Source: an uncultured Actinomycetes bacterium (GTDB taxonomy: Bacteria > Actinomycetota > Actinomycetes > S36-B12 > CAIYMF01). Taken from it: DNA of 32,000 bases. The translations under genes and the position numbers were made by a program. The notes under the pieces are model-generated. The model had not been told where the DNA came from and searched no databases. It saw only the letters and a list, made by a program, of their open reading frames with translations. How positions within the stretch are numbered: the stretch's first letter is position 1; each line of letters begins with the position of its first letter. Below, piece by piece: positions 24,190-32,000 of this stretch. The DNA is taken from the NCBI GenBank assembly GCA_963843975.1, contig CAWJMG010000003.1, forward strand, positions 1,860,001 to 1,892,000. Direction: 5' to 3'.

Positions 24190-25494
24190 ATGACCGACCC
24201 GACTCCTGCCGGCGCCACGCCGACCGTCGCCGCCGTGCTCGCCGCCGTCGACGCCCAGCGCGAGCAGGCGGTCGACCTGCTCGGCCACCTGGTCGGAATC
24301 CCGAGCATCGGCGGCAGCGCGGCCGAGGTCGAGATCCAGCACGTGATGGCCGACGTGCTGCGCGACTCCGGCATGGACGTCGAGACCTGGGACATCGACC
24401 TCGACGCCGTCACCTCCGATCCGGCGTTCCCCGGCCAGGAGGTCGAGCGCACCGCGGCAGTCGGCGTGCTGGGCGTCGTCCGCGGCACCGGCGGCGGGCG
24501 CAGCCTGCTCATCGACGGCCACACGGACGTCGTGCCACCGGGCGATCCCGAGCAGTGGGACGCCGACCCCTTCACGCTGCGGCGGCTCGAGCGCGACGGC
24601 GTCGAGGTGCTGCACGGCCGCGGCGCGTGCGACATGAAGGCCGGCGTCGTCGCCACCGTGCTCGCGGTGCGGGCGCTGCGCGCGGCCGGCGTACGCCTCG
24701 CGGGCGACCTGCTCGTGGCACCCGTGGTGGGCGAGGAGGACGGCGGCCTCGGCACGTTCGAGCTCGTACGCCGCGGTGTGCGTGCCGACGCCTGCGTGAT
24801 CCCCGAGCCGACCGACCTGGACATCGTCCCCGCGAACGGCGGTGCGCTGACGTTCCGGCTGCTCGTGCCGGGCAAGGCGGTGCACGCGTCGCGGCGAACC
24901 GAGGGTGTCAGCGCCATCGAGAAGTTCATCGCGGTGTTCCGCGCGCTGCACGACCTCGAGACCGAGCGCAACGCCGTCGTCCACCCGTTGATGCAGCGCT
25001 GGAGCCTGGCCTACCCGCTCTCGATCGGGACCGTGCACGCCGGCGACTGGGCCTCGACCGTGCCTGACCTGCTCGTGGCCGAGGGGCGCCTGGGCGTCGC
25101 GCTCGAGGAGACGCCGGACGCCGCGCGCGCGGCCCTCGAGGCCGCGGTGGCCGCGCTCTGCGCGGGCGACCCGTTCCTCTCCGACAACCCCGTGCGCGTG
25201 CAGTGGTGGGGCGGGCAGTTCGCGCCCGGCCTCTCCGACTGCCGAGCGCTCGTCGACGTCGTGCAGGGCGCCCACCGCACGGCGTCACCTGCCGCCCGCG
25301 AGCAGTCGTTGTACGGCGGCCCGTACGGCAGCGACCTGCGCCTGCTCGCACCGCACATGCCCGTGCTGCAGTACGGACCCGGCGACGCCCGCCACGCGCA
25401 CGCGCCCGACGAGCAGGTCACCACCGACGACATGCTCGCCACCGCCCGGGCCCTCGCCCTCGCAGCCATGGCCCACTGCACGCCGGGCGTCTAG
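24190..25494 (+). CDS. M20-family metallopeptidase (ArgE/DapE/ACY1/CPG2 type)
   Basis: Metal-binding motifs are LLIDGHTDVVPPG, HGRGACDMKAG and VVGEEDGGLG. The dimerisation-domain body is 434 aa. The stop TAG (25492-25494) lies inside the IS481 target duplication. Confidence 0.85.
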   Translation: MTDPTPAGATPTVAAVLAAVDAQREQAVDLLGHLVGIPSIGGSAAEVEIQHVMADVLRDSGMDVETWDIDLDAVTSDPAFPGQEVERTAAVGVLGVVRGTGGGRSLLIDGHTDVVPPGDPEQWDADPFTLRRLERDGVEVLHGRGACDMKAGVVATVLAVRALRAAGVRLAGDLLVAPVVGEEDGGLGTFELVRRGVRADACVIPEPTDLDIVPANGGALTFRLLVPGKAVHASRRTEGVSAIEKFIAVFRALHDLETERNAVVHPLMQRWSLAYPLSIGTVHAGDWASTVPDLLVAEGRLGVALEETPDAARAALEAAVAALCAGDPFLSDNPVRVQWWGGQFAPGLSDCRALVDVVQGAHRTASPAAREQSLYGGPYGSDLRLLAPHMPVLQYGPGDARHAHAPDEQVTTDDMLATARALALAAMAHCTPGV

Positions 25495-25495
25495 C
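25490..25495. repeat. target-site duplication (left copy) of the IS481-family element, TCTAGC
   Basis: The identical hexamer is at 26577-26582. It matches the NCTAGN target preference I recall for IS481. Confidence 0.85.
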
Positions 25496-25521
25496 TGTAC
25501 TCGGCCGTCACGTTGGTGACA
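25496..25521. repeat. IS481-family terminal inverted repeat (contains the transposase stop codon)
   Basis: TGTACTCGGCCGTCACGTTGGTGACA compared with the reverse complement of 26551-26576, TGTACTCGGCCAGGACGTTGGTGACA. Confidence 0.8.
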
Positions 25522-26470
25522 CCCGGCTGATCGGCGGCTTGCCTCCGAGGGCGGTGTGGGGGCGTCGGTGGTTGTAGTGCTCGAGCCAGGGTGCCAGAGC
25601 GTCTGAGCGCTGGTCGTTGTTGAGGAAGACCTGCCGGTAGGCCCACTCGACCTGCAGCGTGCGGTTGAACCGTTCGACCTTGCCGTTCTGCCATGGGCAG
25701 TGCGGCCGGATGAATAGCTGGGTGATGCCGTGGGTGGCGGCGGCGTCCCGGAACGCGTGCGAGAGCAGATACTCCTTGGCGTTGTCGGTGATCACCTGCT
25801 CGACGGTGACGCCGTGGCCGGCGAAGAACTCCACAGCCCGGGTCAGGAACCCGGCGCAGGTGGCGCCCTGGGAGTCCGGGTGGATCTCGGAATAGGCCAG
25901 CCGGGAGTGGTCGTCGACCGCGGAGTGGACGTAGTCGAACCCGGGGCCGCGCTTGCTGCCCGGCCGTGGGCCGCGGCCGTTGGCGCGCCAGCCGCCGCCG
26001 TCGGGGATGCGGCCGAGCTTCTTGACGTCCACGTGGATCAGCGCGCCCGGGTGGTCGCGCTCATAGCGTTGGAACGTCTGCCGCGAGGCCCGGATCACCT
26101 GCCCGGTCAGTGGGTCGCACTCGGCCAGCCGGGGCATCCCCGCCCGGCGCAGGATCCGGGTCACGGTCCGTTCCGGGACCCCGGTCGCGGCCGCGATGAA
26201 CCCCGGCCCGGCCCGCAGCTCCTGACGGGCCAGCACAACGGCGGCCTCGACCCGCTCGGCGGTCCGGCGAGGCATCGACGCTGGTCGGCTCGACCGGTCG
26301 TGCAGGCCGGCCCAGCCCTCGGCGTCGAACCGGGCCACCCAGCGGTGCGCGCACTGCCGGGAGACGCCGAGCTCTTTCGCGACGTGGGAGACCGGGCGTC
26401 GGTCGAACCGGACCCGCTGGACCAGCAGGCAGCGGCCGTGGAACGTCAGACGGGCATTAGCGTGGGCCAT
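25508..26470 (-). CDS. IS481-family transposase (HTH + rve integrase core)
   Basis: The N-terminal HTH is VSHVAKELGVSRQCAHRWVARF. The DDE core is ALIHVDVKKLGRIP...DYVHSAVDDHSRLAY...VITDNAKEY...HCPWQNGKVERFNRTLQVEWAY. Confidence 0.9.
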   Translation of the reverse strand: MAHANARLTFHGRCLLVQRVRFDRRPVSHVAKELGVSRQCAHRWVARFDAEGWAGLHDRSSRPASMPRRTAERVEAAVVLARQELRAGPGFIAAATGVPERTVTRILRRAGMPRLAECDPLTGQVIRASRQTFQRYERDHPGALIHVDVKKLGRIPDGGGWRANGRGPRPGSKRGPGFDYVHSAVDDHSRLAYSEIHPDSQGATCAGFLTRAVEFFAGHGVTVEQVITDNAKEYLLSHAFRDAAATHGITQLFIRPHCPWQNGKVERFNRTLQVEWAYRQVFLNNDQRSDALAPWLEHYNHRRPHTALGGKPPISRVSPT

Positions 26471-26550
26471 GAAGACCTCCGTGCGGGCGGTTGCTTAGAC
26501 ACCACCCACCGCATCGGGGGTCTTCACTTCGTTCAAGCCGCCACGCGGAC

Positions 26551-26576
26551 TGTCACCAACGTCCTGGCCGAGTACA
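26551..26576. repeat. IS481-family terminal inverted repeat (upstream end)
   Basis: Partner of 25496-25521. Confidence 0.8.
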
Positions 26577-26582
26577 TCTAGC
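26577..26582. repeat. target-site duplication (right copy), TCTAGC
   Basis: Identical to 25490-25495. Confidence 0.85.
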
Positions 26583-26640
26583 GCAGCCGGGCTGGGGATC
26601 GTCGCGACGGTGCACAGGGGCCGTCGCGGAAGGTTCGGGC

Positions 26641-27700
26641 ATGAGCCGCTTCCTCCCCTCCCCACGTCCCGGGCTGCCCGTCCTGCGCCGCGCGCGCGAC
26701 CGCGTCCAGATCGGCTTGGACCCTGGCACCGCCGTCGTCGTCGACCACCTGTCCGACCGCGCGAGCTCCGCACTCGTCCACCTGGACGGCACCCGCACCC
26801 TCGCCGAGATCGCCGCCACGCAGCCGGGGCTCGGGCCGATCCTCGACACGCTCCAGGCACGCGGCCTGCTCGACGACGGCCCCGGCCGCTCGACGGCGAT
26901 CTCGCAGCACCGCCGGGCGAGGTACGCCGACGACCTCGCCGCCTGGGCGCTCGCGCACGGCACGGCGGGCGCGGAACGGCTGCTCGCCCGCCGAGGACGC
27001 GCGACCGTGGTGGTCCGCGGCGACGACCGCACCGCCGCGCACATCGCCGTGGGCCTGGCCGCCGCCGGCGTCGGCACCGTCGCGCTCGAGGGCCGCGACC
27101 GGGCCGTGGCGACGTCCGACCTGACACCCGTCGGTCCGTTCGAGCCCGAGCTGCCCTGGCGCGAGCAGGTGGCGGCTGCCGTCCGCGCCCAGTGCGCGCG
27201 CCCGAGCCCGAGCTTCGGCGCGCGGCCTCCGCCCCTCAGCGGTCGTCGTGTCCTCGTCAGCGGACACCGACCTGCCGTGGACCGATCCCGAGCGCGCCGA
27301 CGACCTCCTCGCGGACGGCGTGCCGCACCTCGCCGTCGCCGTCGCTGGGCCGTCCGCGCTCGTCGGCCCGTTCGTGATCCCTGGGGTCTCGGCGTGCCTG
27401 TGGTGCCTCGACCACCGTCAGCGAGACGCCGATCCGGCGTGGCCTGCGCTCACCGACCAGCTCCGGCTGCACCATCCGACATCCCGTGCGTCCCTGGGGA
27501 ACACGGCTGCCGCCGCCGCTGCGGTCGCCGTCGCGCACGTCCTGCAGGTGGTCGACGACGGCCCCTCGGCTCGGCCTGCGAGCGTCGGCGCGCAGGTCGA
27601 GCTGCGGGCGCCGGACCTGCTCGCGACGCGGGTCCCCGTCGTGCGCCACCCGGTCTGCGGGTGCGGGTGGGTGGGGGTCGGCACCACAATGGCCTCGTGA
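26641..27700 (+). pseudogene. ThiF/E1-like protein with N-terminal RRE-like winged-helix domain; +1 frame break in the linker
   Basis: In frame 1 from ATG 26641: MSRFLPSPRPGLPVLRRARDRVQIGLDPGTAVVVDHLSDRASSALVHLDGTRTLAEIAA...LQARGLLDD...RATVVVRGDDRTAAHIAVGLAAAGVGTVAL... The conserved C-terminus (VPHLAVAVAGPSALVGPFVIPGVSACLWCLDHRQRDADPAWPAL...HPVCGCGW) is in frame 2 and ends at 27700. Past about 27240, frame 1 turns into an Arg-rich run-on. The switch must lie between 27125 and 27250; a CCCC run sits at 27232-27235. Confidence 0.7.
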
Positions 27701-29007
27701 CCGACCTCCCCCGCCGCGCGATCACGCGCGGCGCCCGCCTCGCCGCGCTGCCCCTCGGGTACGCCGGCAGGACGGCGCTGGGCGTCGGCAAGCGCGTCGG
27801 CGGCGCCTCGGCGGAGGCGGTCGCGCTCGAGGTGCAGCAGCGCACTGCCGAGCAGGTCTTCAAGACCCTCGGCGAGCTCAAGGGCGGCGCGATGAAGTTC
27901 GGCCAGGCGATGAGCATCGCCGAGGTCGCCCTCCCCGAGGAGCTGCTCGGGCCCTACCGCGCCACGCTCACCAAGCTGCAGGATGCCGCTCCGCCGATGC
28001 CCGCGGACACCGTCCACCGTCAGCTCGTCGAGTCGCTCGGCGACGACTGGCGCGACCGGTTCGAGTCCTTCGACGACAAGCCGACGGCAGCGGCGTCCAT
28101 CGGCCAGGTGCACAAGGCGGTCTGGCGTGACGGCCGCGAGGTCGCCGTCAAGATCCAGTACCCGGGCGCAGGCAAGGCTCTGATGAGCGACCTCAACCAG
28201 GTCGCGCGGATGGCGCGCATGTTCGCGTCGATGTCGCCCGGCATGGACATCAAGCCGCTGATCGCCGAGCTGAAGGACCGCGCGGCCGAGGAGCTCGACT
28301 ACCTGCACGAGTCGCAGAGCCAGCGCCAGTTCGCTGCGGCGTACGAGGACGACGAGGACTTCGTCGTCCCCCACGTGCTGGCCGCTGCACCGACCGTCGT
28401 GGTGTCGGAGTGGCTCGACGGCTACTCGCTCGCCCAGGTGATCGCCGACGGCACGCAGGAGGAGCGCGACCACTACGGCACGCTCTACCTGCGCTTCCTC
28501 ATGAGCGGCCCGACGCGGGCCAAGATGCTGCATGCCGACCCGCACCCCGGCAACTACCGCGTGCTCGGCGACGGCCGCCTCGGAGTGCTCGACTTCGGGG
28601 CCTGCGCGCGCCTGCCCGACGGACCCCCTGAGGCGATGGGCTCGCTGCTGCGGCTCGCGATGCTCGGCGACGCCGAGGCCACGGTCGCCGGCCTGCGCGC
28701 CGAGGGGTTCATCAAGCCCGAGGTCCAGGTCGACGCCGACCAGTTCTTCAACGCGCTCATGCCCTTCGCCGAGCCGGCCCAGCACGAGGAGTTCCACTTC
28801 TCGCGCGACTGGATGCGCAGCCATTTCAACCGGCTGAACGACCCGCGCAACCCCGACTTCTCGGTCGGCTTCAAGATCAACCTGCCGCCCAACTACATGC
28901 TGATCCACCGCACGTGGCTCGGCGGCATCGGCGTCCTGTCGCAGATGGACGCCACGGTGCCCATGCGCGCCGAGCTCGAGCGCTGGCTGCCCACCTTCAC
29001 CGCCTGA
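27697..29007 (+). CDS. ABC1/UbiB-family atypical protein kinase
   Basis: Motifs are KGGAMKFGQAMS, AAASIGQVHKAVWRDGREVAVKIQYPG, HADPHPGNY and LDFGA. The GTG at 27697 overlaps the ThiF-like stop (GTGA). Confidence 0.85.
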   Translation: MTDLPRRAITRGARLAALPLGYAGRTALGVGKRVGGASAEAVALEVQQRTAEQVFKTLGELKGGAMKFGQAMSIAEVALPEELLGPYRATLTKLQDAAPPMPADTVHRQLVESLGDDWRDRFESFDDKPTAAASIGQVHKAVWRDGREVAVKIQYPGAGKALMSDLNQVARMARMFASMSPGMDIKPLIAELKDRAAEELDYLHESQSQRQFAAAYEDDEDFVVPHVLAAAPTVVVSEWLDGYSLAQVIADGTQEERDHYGTLYLRFLMSGPTRAKMLHADPHPGNYRVLGDGRLGVLDFGACARLPDGPPEAMGSLLRLAMLGDAEATVAGLRAEGFIKPEVQVDADQFFNALMPFAEPAQHEEFHFSRDWMRSHFNRLNDPRNPDFSVGFKINLPPNYMLIHRTWLGGIGVLSQMDATVPMRAELERWLPTFTA

Positions 29008-29038
29008 CCCGTCCGACCGCCGTGGTTGGATCGTCGCC

Positions 29039-29965
29039 GTGACCTCACGCGCGCCCGCCTGGATGCTCGCGGTCGGCGCGATGATGTCGGTGCAGGTCGG
29101 CGCCGCGCTCTCGACTCACCTCTTCCCCGCCATCGGGCCCGTCGGCACGGTGTGGCTGCGGCTCTCGGTCGCGGCCGTCTTCTTCCTCGCTGGCGCCCGG
29201 CCGAGCCTTGCCGGCCTCACCGCACGCGATCTGCGCACACCGGTGGCGCTCGGTGTCATGACCGGCGTCATGACCGTGTTCTTCGTCCTCGCCCTCGACC
29301 GCATCCCGCTCGGCACGGTCGTCGCGATCGAGTTCCTCGGCCCGCTCGGGGTGGCGGTGGTGCGCAGCCACAGCCGCCGCGGCCTGCTCTGGCCGTTGCT
29401 CGCGTTCGTAGGCGTCGTCCTGCTCACCGAGCCGTGGACGGGTGAGATCGACCCGCTCGGAGTGCTGTACGCCGTTCTCGCAGCGTTCGGGTGGGCGGCG
29501 TACATCGTGCTGACCCAGAAGGTCGGCGACCGCTTCAGCGGCCTTCAGGGCCTCGCGATCACCATGCCCGTCGCGGCGCTCGCCGCCGCCGTGGTCGGCG
29601 TGCCGCAGGCCGTCGGCGGGCTCACGTGGCAGGTGCTCGCGGCGGGCGTCGGCCTCGCCGTGCTGCTGCCGATCGTGCCGTTCGCCCTCGAGCTGCTCGC
29701 GCTCCGGCGCCTCACCACGGCGGCGTTCGGCACGCTCATGGCGCTCGAGCCGGCGATCGCCACCGTGGTCGGCGCGCTGCTGCTGTCGCAGGTGCCGGGT
29801 GCGATCCAGGTGGTCGGCGTGGCGCTCGTCGTCGTCGCCGGCGTCGGCGCCGAACGCTCGGGCCATCGCGACGACGGCAACCCCGACGCCGTCATCGGCG
29901 AAGGCACGGCCTCAGCTGAGACGCTGTGCGTCAGCCGGCGCTGCAGCGCCATGATGGGCGCATGA
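29039..29965 (+). CDS. EamA/DMT-superfamily transporter (RhtA-like)
   Basis: About ten TM helices with the two-EamA-repeat layout (..TVWLRLSVAAVFFL.., ..AAYIVLTQKVG.., ..ALELLALRRLTTAAFGTLMALEPA..). Confidence 0.8.
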   Translation: MTSRAPAWMLAVGAMMSVQVGAALSTHLFPAIGPVGTVWLRLSVAAVFFLAGARPSLAGLTARDLRTPVALGVMTGVMTVFFVLALDRIPLGTVVAIEFLGPLGVAVVRSHSRRGLLWPLLAFVGVVLLTEPWTGEIDPLGVLYAVLAAFGWAAYIVLTQKVGDRFSGLQGLAITMPVAALAAAVVGVPQAVGGLTWQVLAAGVGLAVLLPIVPFALELLALRRLTTAAFGTLMALEPAIATVVGALLLSQVPGAIQVVGVALVVVAGVGAERSGHRDDGNPDAVIGEGTASAETLCVSRRCSAMMGA

Positions 29966-30426
29966 GCACGACGCCGGTCATCGCGCTGGTGCCGATCGAC
30001 GCCGGGAACTGGCGCGAGGCGCGCGAGGTCATGGTGGGCGACGATCAGCTCCCGTTCGTCGCGGCGCATCAGCCCGTCGCTCTCGTCCTCCTTGCGAAGA
30101 CCGCAGTCGGCGCCGACGGACGCAGCTGGATACCCCTCGCGATCACTCGGGACGGCGCGATCGTGGGCGTCGTCGGGCTGGCCCACCGCGACGGGTCGGG
30201 CGCGATCATGCATCTCGCGATCGACCAGCAGCATCAGGGCCAGGGCATCGGGACGGCGGCGGTACGCGAGCTCGTCGCGTACGCCGATCAGTTCGGCATC
30301 ACCGAACTGTGGCTGACCGTCCACGACGACAACTCGGTCGCGCGGGCGCTCTACGAGCGCGCGGGCTTCGCACCGACGGACGAGATCCGCGGCGGCGAGC
30401 GCGTCTGGCGCCTCGCCCGCCGCTGA
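29962..30426 (+). CDS. GNAT-family N-acetyltransferase
   Basis: The acetyl-CoA motif is AIDQQHQGQGIGTAAVRELVAYA, followed by NSVARALYERAGF. The ATG at 29962 overlaps the EamA stop (ATGA). Confidence 0.75.
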   Translation: MSTTPVIALVPIDAGNWREAREVMVGDDQLPFVAAHQPVALVLLAKTAVGADGRSWIPLAITRDGAIVGVVGLAHRDGSGAIMHLAIDQQHQGQGIGTAAVRELVAYADQFGITELWLTVHDDNSVARALYERAGFAPTDEIRGGERVWRLARR

Positions 30427-30597
30427 CGGCTGGTCCAACGGCAGGCGTCCACGCGTCAAGCACGGCAGACTTCGGATGAACGAGGGAGCCGGAATCGGCA
30501 GTACCTCACGAGAGCCAGACCAAGGCGCGGCGCGCCACAACCGCTCGAGCCGCACCTGGATTCTGTTGGAGCGGGCGGTTCGCGAGGAGTTGACGGC

Positions 30598-31314
30598 GTG
30601 GCACATGACTTCGAGGCGCTCGAGGGACTCTCCCCCGAGGAGGCAGAGGACATCTCGGCTCTGGCCGCCGCGAGGTGGCCGTGGTACGGCGTCCTGCCGG
30701 AACCGTCGGCAGAACTGGCCGCCGTCGAGCGATTGAGGACCAAGGAAGATGTCTACCCGGCCCGCGGGCTGGAGTTCGCGGCGCTCACCCTTGTGCCGTT
30801 CGAAGCTGTGCGGGTCGTGATCCTCGGGATCGACCCGTACCCGAATGCCTCGCACGCGACCGGGCTCGCGTTCTCAGTGCCCGCCGACGTGAAGGTGCTC
30901 CCGCCCGGCGTGCGCAACATCCGGGCCGCCGTCCGCCACGACGGTTACGTGCCCGATGGCGGTCCAGGCCCAACCGGCGATCTGTCGGCCTGGGCGCGGC
31001 AGGGTGTGCTGCTGCTCAACCGGGCGCTGACGTTCTCCCCGAACGAGGAGAACCGGGCCGGTGTCCACCTACCGATCTGGCAGGAGTACACCGATCGGAT
31101 CATCCGGACGCTCTCGGACCGGCCGGGACCGGTGGTGTTCCTGCTCATGGGACACGAGGCGCAGAAGGTGGCGCGGCTCATCGACCCCACTCGGAACACG
31201 GTGATCGAGACGGTGCATCCGTCCGCGCGGGGCCGCCAGCGCGAGTTCATCGAGGCGGGCACGTTCCGCCGGGTGAATGCAGCACTGGCCGAGCCGATCG
31301 ACTGGAGCCTGTGA
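30598..31314 (+). CDS. family-1 uracil-DNA glycosylase homologue with divergent active-site loops
   Basis: Aligns by eye along its length to E. coli and M. tuberculosis Ung. Shared segments are VRVVILGIDPYPNASHATGLAFSV, GDLSAWARQGVLLLNRALT, VVFLLMGHEAQK, VHPS and EPIDW. Confidence 0.75.
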   Translation: MAHDFEALEGLSPEEAEDISALAAARWPWYGVLPEPSAELAAVERLRTKEDVYPARGLEFAALTLVPFEAVRVVILGIDPYPNASHATGLAFSVPADVKVLPPGVRNIRAAVRHDGYVPDGGPGPTGDLSAWARQGVLLLNRALTFSPNEENRAGVHLPIWQEYTDRIIRTLSDRPGPVVFLLMGHEAQKVARLIDPTRNTVIETVHPSARGRQREFIEAGTFRRVNAALAEPIDWSL

Positions 31315-31485
31315 AGCGCAACGATCCCCACTCGGCTTGATCCCTGCGATTCAGGTCCGTCAGCCCAGGCCCCGTCGGTGACGATGGTGTCGCCAGCTTC
31401 CGACTTGACCTGGCTCCTCGGATCCACCCACGGGGACGCCAGGGCGCCTCAAGAAGGCATCGACGCCCCCCACGACCACAGGTGA

Positions 31486-32000
31486 TCAGCCGGCGCTGCA
31501 CCACTCGCCGGGCGTGTGTGCGGTGTGCACCACGCGCAGCTCGGCCTCCACGTCGTCGGAGACGACCGGACGCAGGTCGGGGCTGATGCGCCAGGTGAAC
31601 GTCTCGTCGGACCAGCGCGTGTTCTCTGCGAGCGCGAGCGGGATCAGGCGAAGGCGCGCGTCCATCCACTCCGGCGTCCACGGCCCGTCCTCGAGGATCG
31701 ACTGCGCAGCGCGGAACTCGAAGTAGATCGTGCGGCGCTGGGCGTCGGCCGCCGACGGCGGCGAGCCGTGCACGACCATGTCGTCGTGCACGAGCACGTC
31801 GCCCGGCTCCATCTCGACCTCGATCGCACCGGGCAGCTCATAGCCGTACGTCTCGGCGAGCGAGCAGGCATCGGTGCGCTGCTTCTGCGAGCCCGGGATC
31901 ACGTGCAGCGCACCGGCTCCCGCGCGCGACTTGTCGAGGTAGACGTCCACGTTGAAGAGCCGGTGGCGACGCGCGTGCACGGCGTCCTGGTGCCACGGCA
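31486..32000 (-). CDS. phytanoyl-CoA dioxygenase (PhyH) family Fe(II)/2-oxoglutarate oxygenase, C-terminal part (5' end right of the window)
   Basis: The frame stays open to the window edge. Translation of 32000-31975 gives PWHQDAVH (HxD iron motif). Downstream are ...ALHVIPGSQK... and VHGSPPS (distal His). Confidence 0.7.
   Translation of the reverse strand, partial: PWHQDAVHARRHRLFNVDVYLDKSRAGAGALHVIPGSQKQRTDACSLAETYGYELPGAIEVEMEPGDVLVHDDMVVHGSPPSAADAQRRTIYFEFRAAQSILEDGPWTPEWMDARLRLIPLALAENTRWSDETFTWRISPDLRPVVSDDVEAELRVVHTAHTPGEWCSAG

Larger units (their letters stand above)
25496..26576 (-). mobile_element. IS481-family insertion sequence (1081 bp)
   Basis: Single DDE transposase. The inverted repeats TGTACTCGGCCgtcACGTTGGTGACA (25496-25521) and its partner at 26551-26576 match at 23 of 26 positions. 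It is flanked by the 6-bp direct repeat TCTAGC. Confidence 0.85.

Noticed and set aside
16138-25275. Very long N-terminal extensions in the track for the epimerase (813 aa, to 18579) and the crotonase (832 aa, to 25275).
   Set aside because: These are run-ons across divergent neighbouring genes. Internal ATG starts at 17295 and 23658 give normal-length proteins that begin just before their conserved motifs.
26491-29007. A single 838-aa ORF fusing the ThiF-like N-terminus to the ABC1 kinase.
   Set aside because: The middle 150 residues are Arg-rich nonsense, whereas frame 2 encodes the conserved ThiF-like C-terminus ending in a GTGA overlap with the kinase start. I interpret this as a frameshifted gene plus a separate kinase gene.

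Overview
High-GC actinobacterial chromosomal window. All product calls come from motifs I recognise in the translations; no database search was run.

Most of the window is conserved housekeeping DNA.
- Left edge: CoxG-like gene, FMN reductase, etfB/etfA.
- From 10.9 kb rightwards: initiator tRNA, UPF0182 membrane protein, PDZ/Lon-like protease, SDR epimerase, DUF2342-like protein, NUDIX, ECF sigma with partner, DUF45-type metallopeptidase, UbiA-like prenyltransferase, enoyl-CoA hydratase, a 52-aa zinc-ribbon sORF, M20 peptidase, ThiF-like gene plus ABC1 kinase, EamA, GNAT, UNG-like gene, PhyH.
- As far as I recall, the UPF0182-to-ABC1-kinase order parallels M. tuberculosis Rv3193c-Rv3197.

Superimposed on this are three kinds of departure from the conserved layout.
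1. A roughly 7.6 kb, more A/T-rich accessory island (3221-10857) lies on the 3' side of the tRNA-fMet gene. It carries a MobF-type relaxase/helicase, an excisionase-type HTH gene and vapBC. I find no integrase or transfer machinery, so it looks like a decayed mobilizable element.
2. There are two apparently recent IS insertions with intact inverted repeats and target duplications. An IS256-family copy sits in the 3' end of the relaxase gene. An IS481-family copy sits exactly on the stop codon of the M20 peptidase gene.
3. Two conserved genes carry single-base frame breaks: the PDZ/Lon-like protease and the ThiF-like gene.

I did not find a clear-cut new multi-gene system. The most unusual items are:
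- a PqqD/RRE-like 130-aa ORF wedged between etfB and etfA and translationally coupled to etfA;
- the uncharacterised module of an RRE-like/E1-like protein coupled to an ABC1 kinase;
- a 546-bp intergenic region with 45-bp tandem repeats, a nested RNA-like helix and a candidate sORF with a strong RBS;
- a structured leader in front of the zinc-ribbon sORF;
- a family-1 UNG homologue that lacks the Leu-intercalation loop.

Many very long ORFs in the supplied track are antisense or alternative-frame artefacts of the high GC content.
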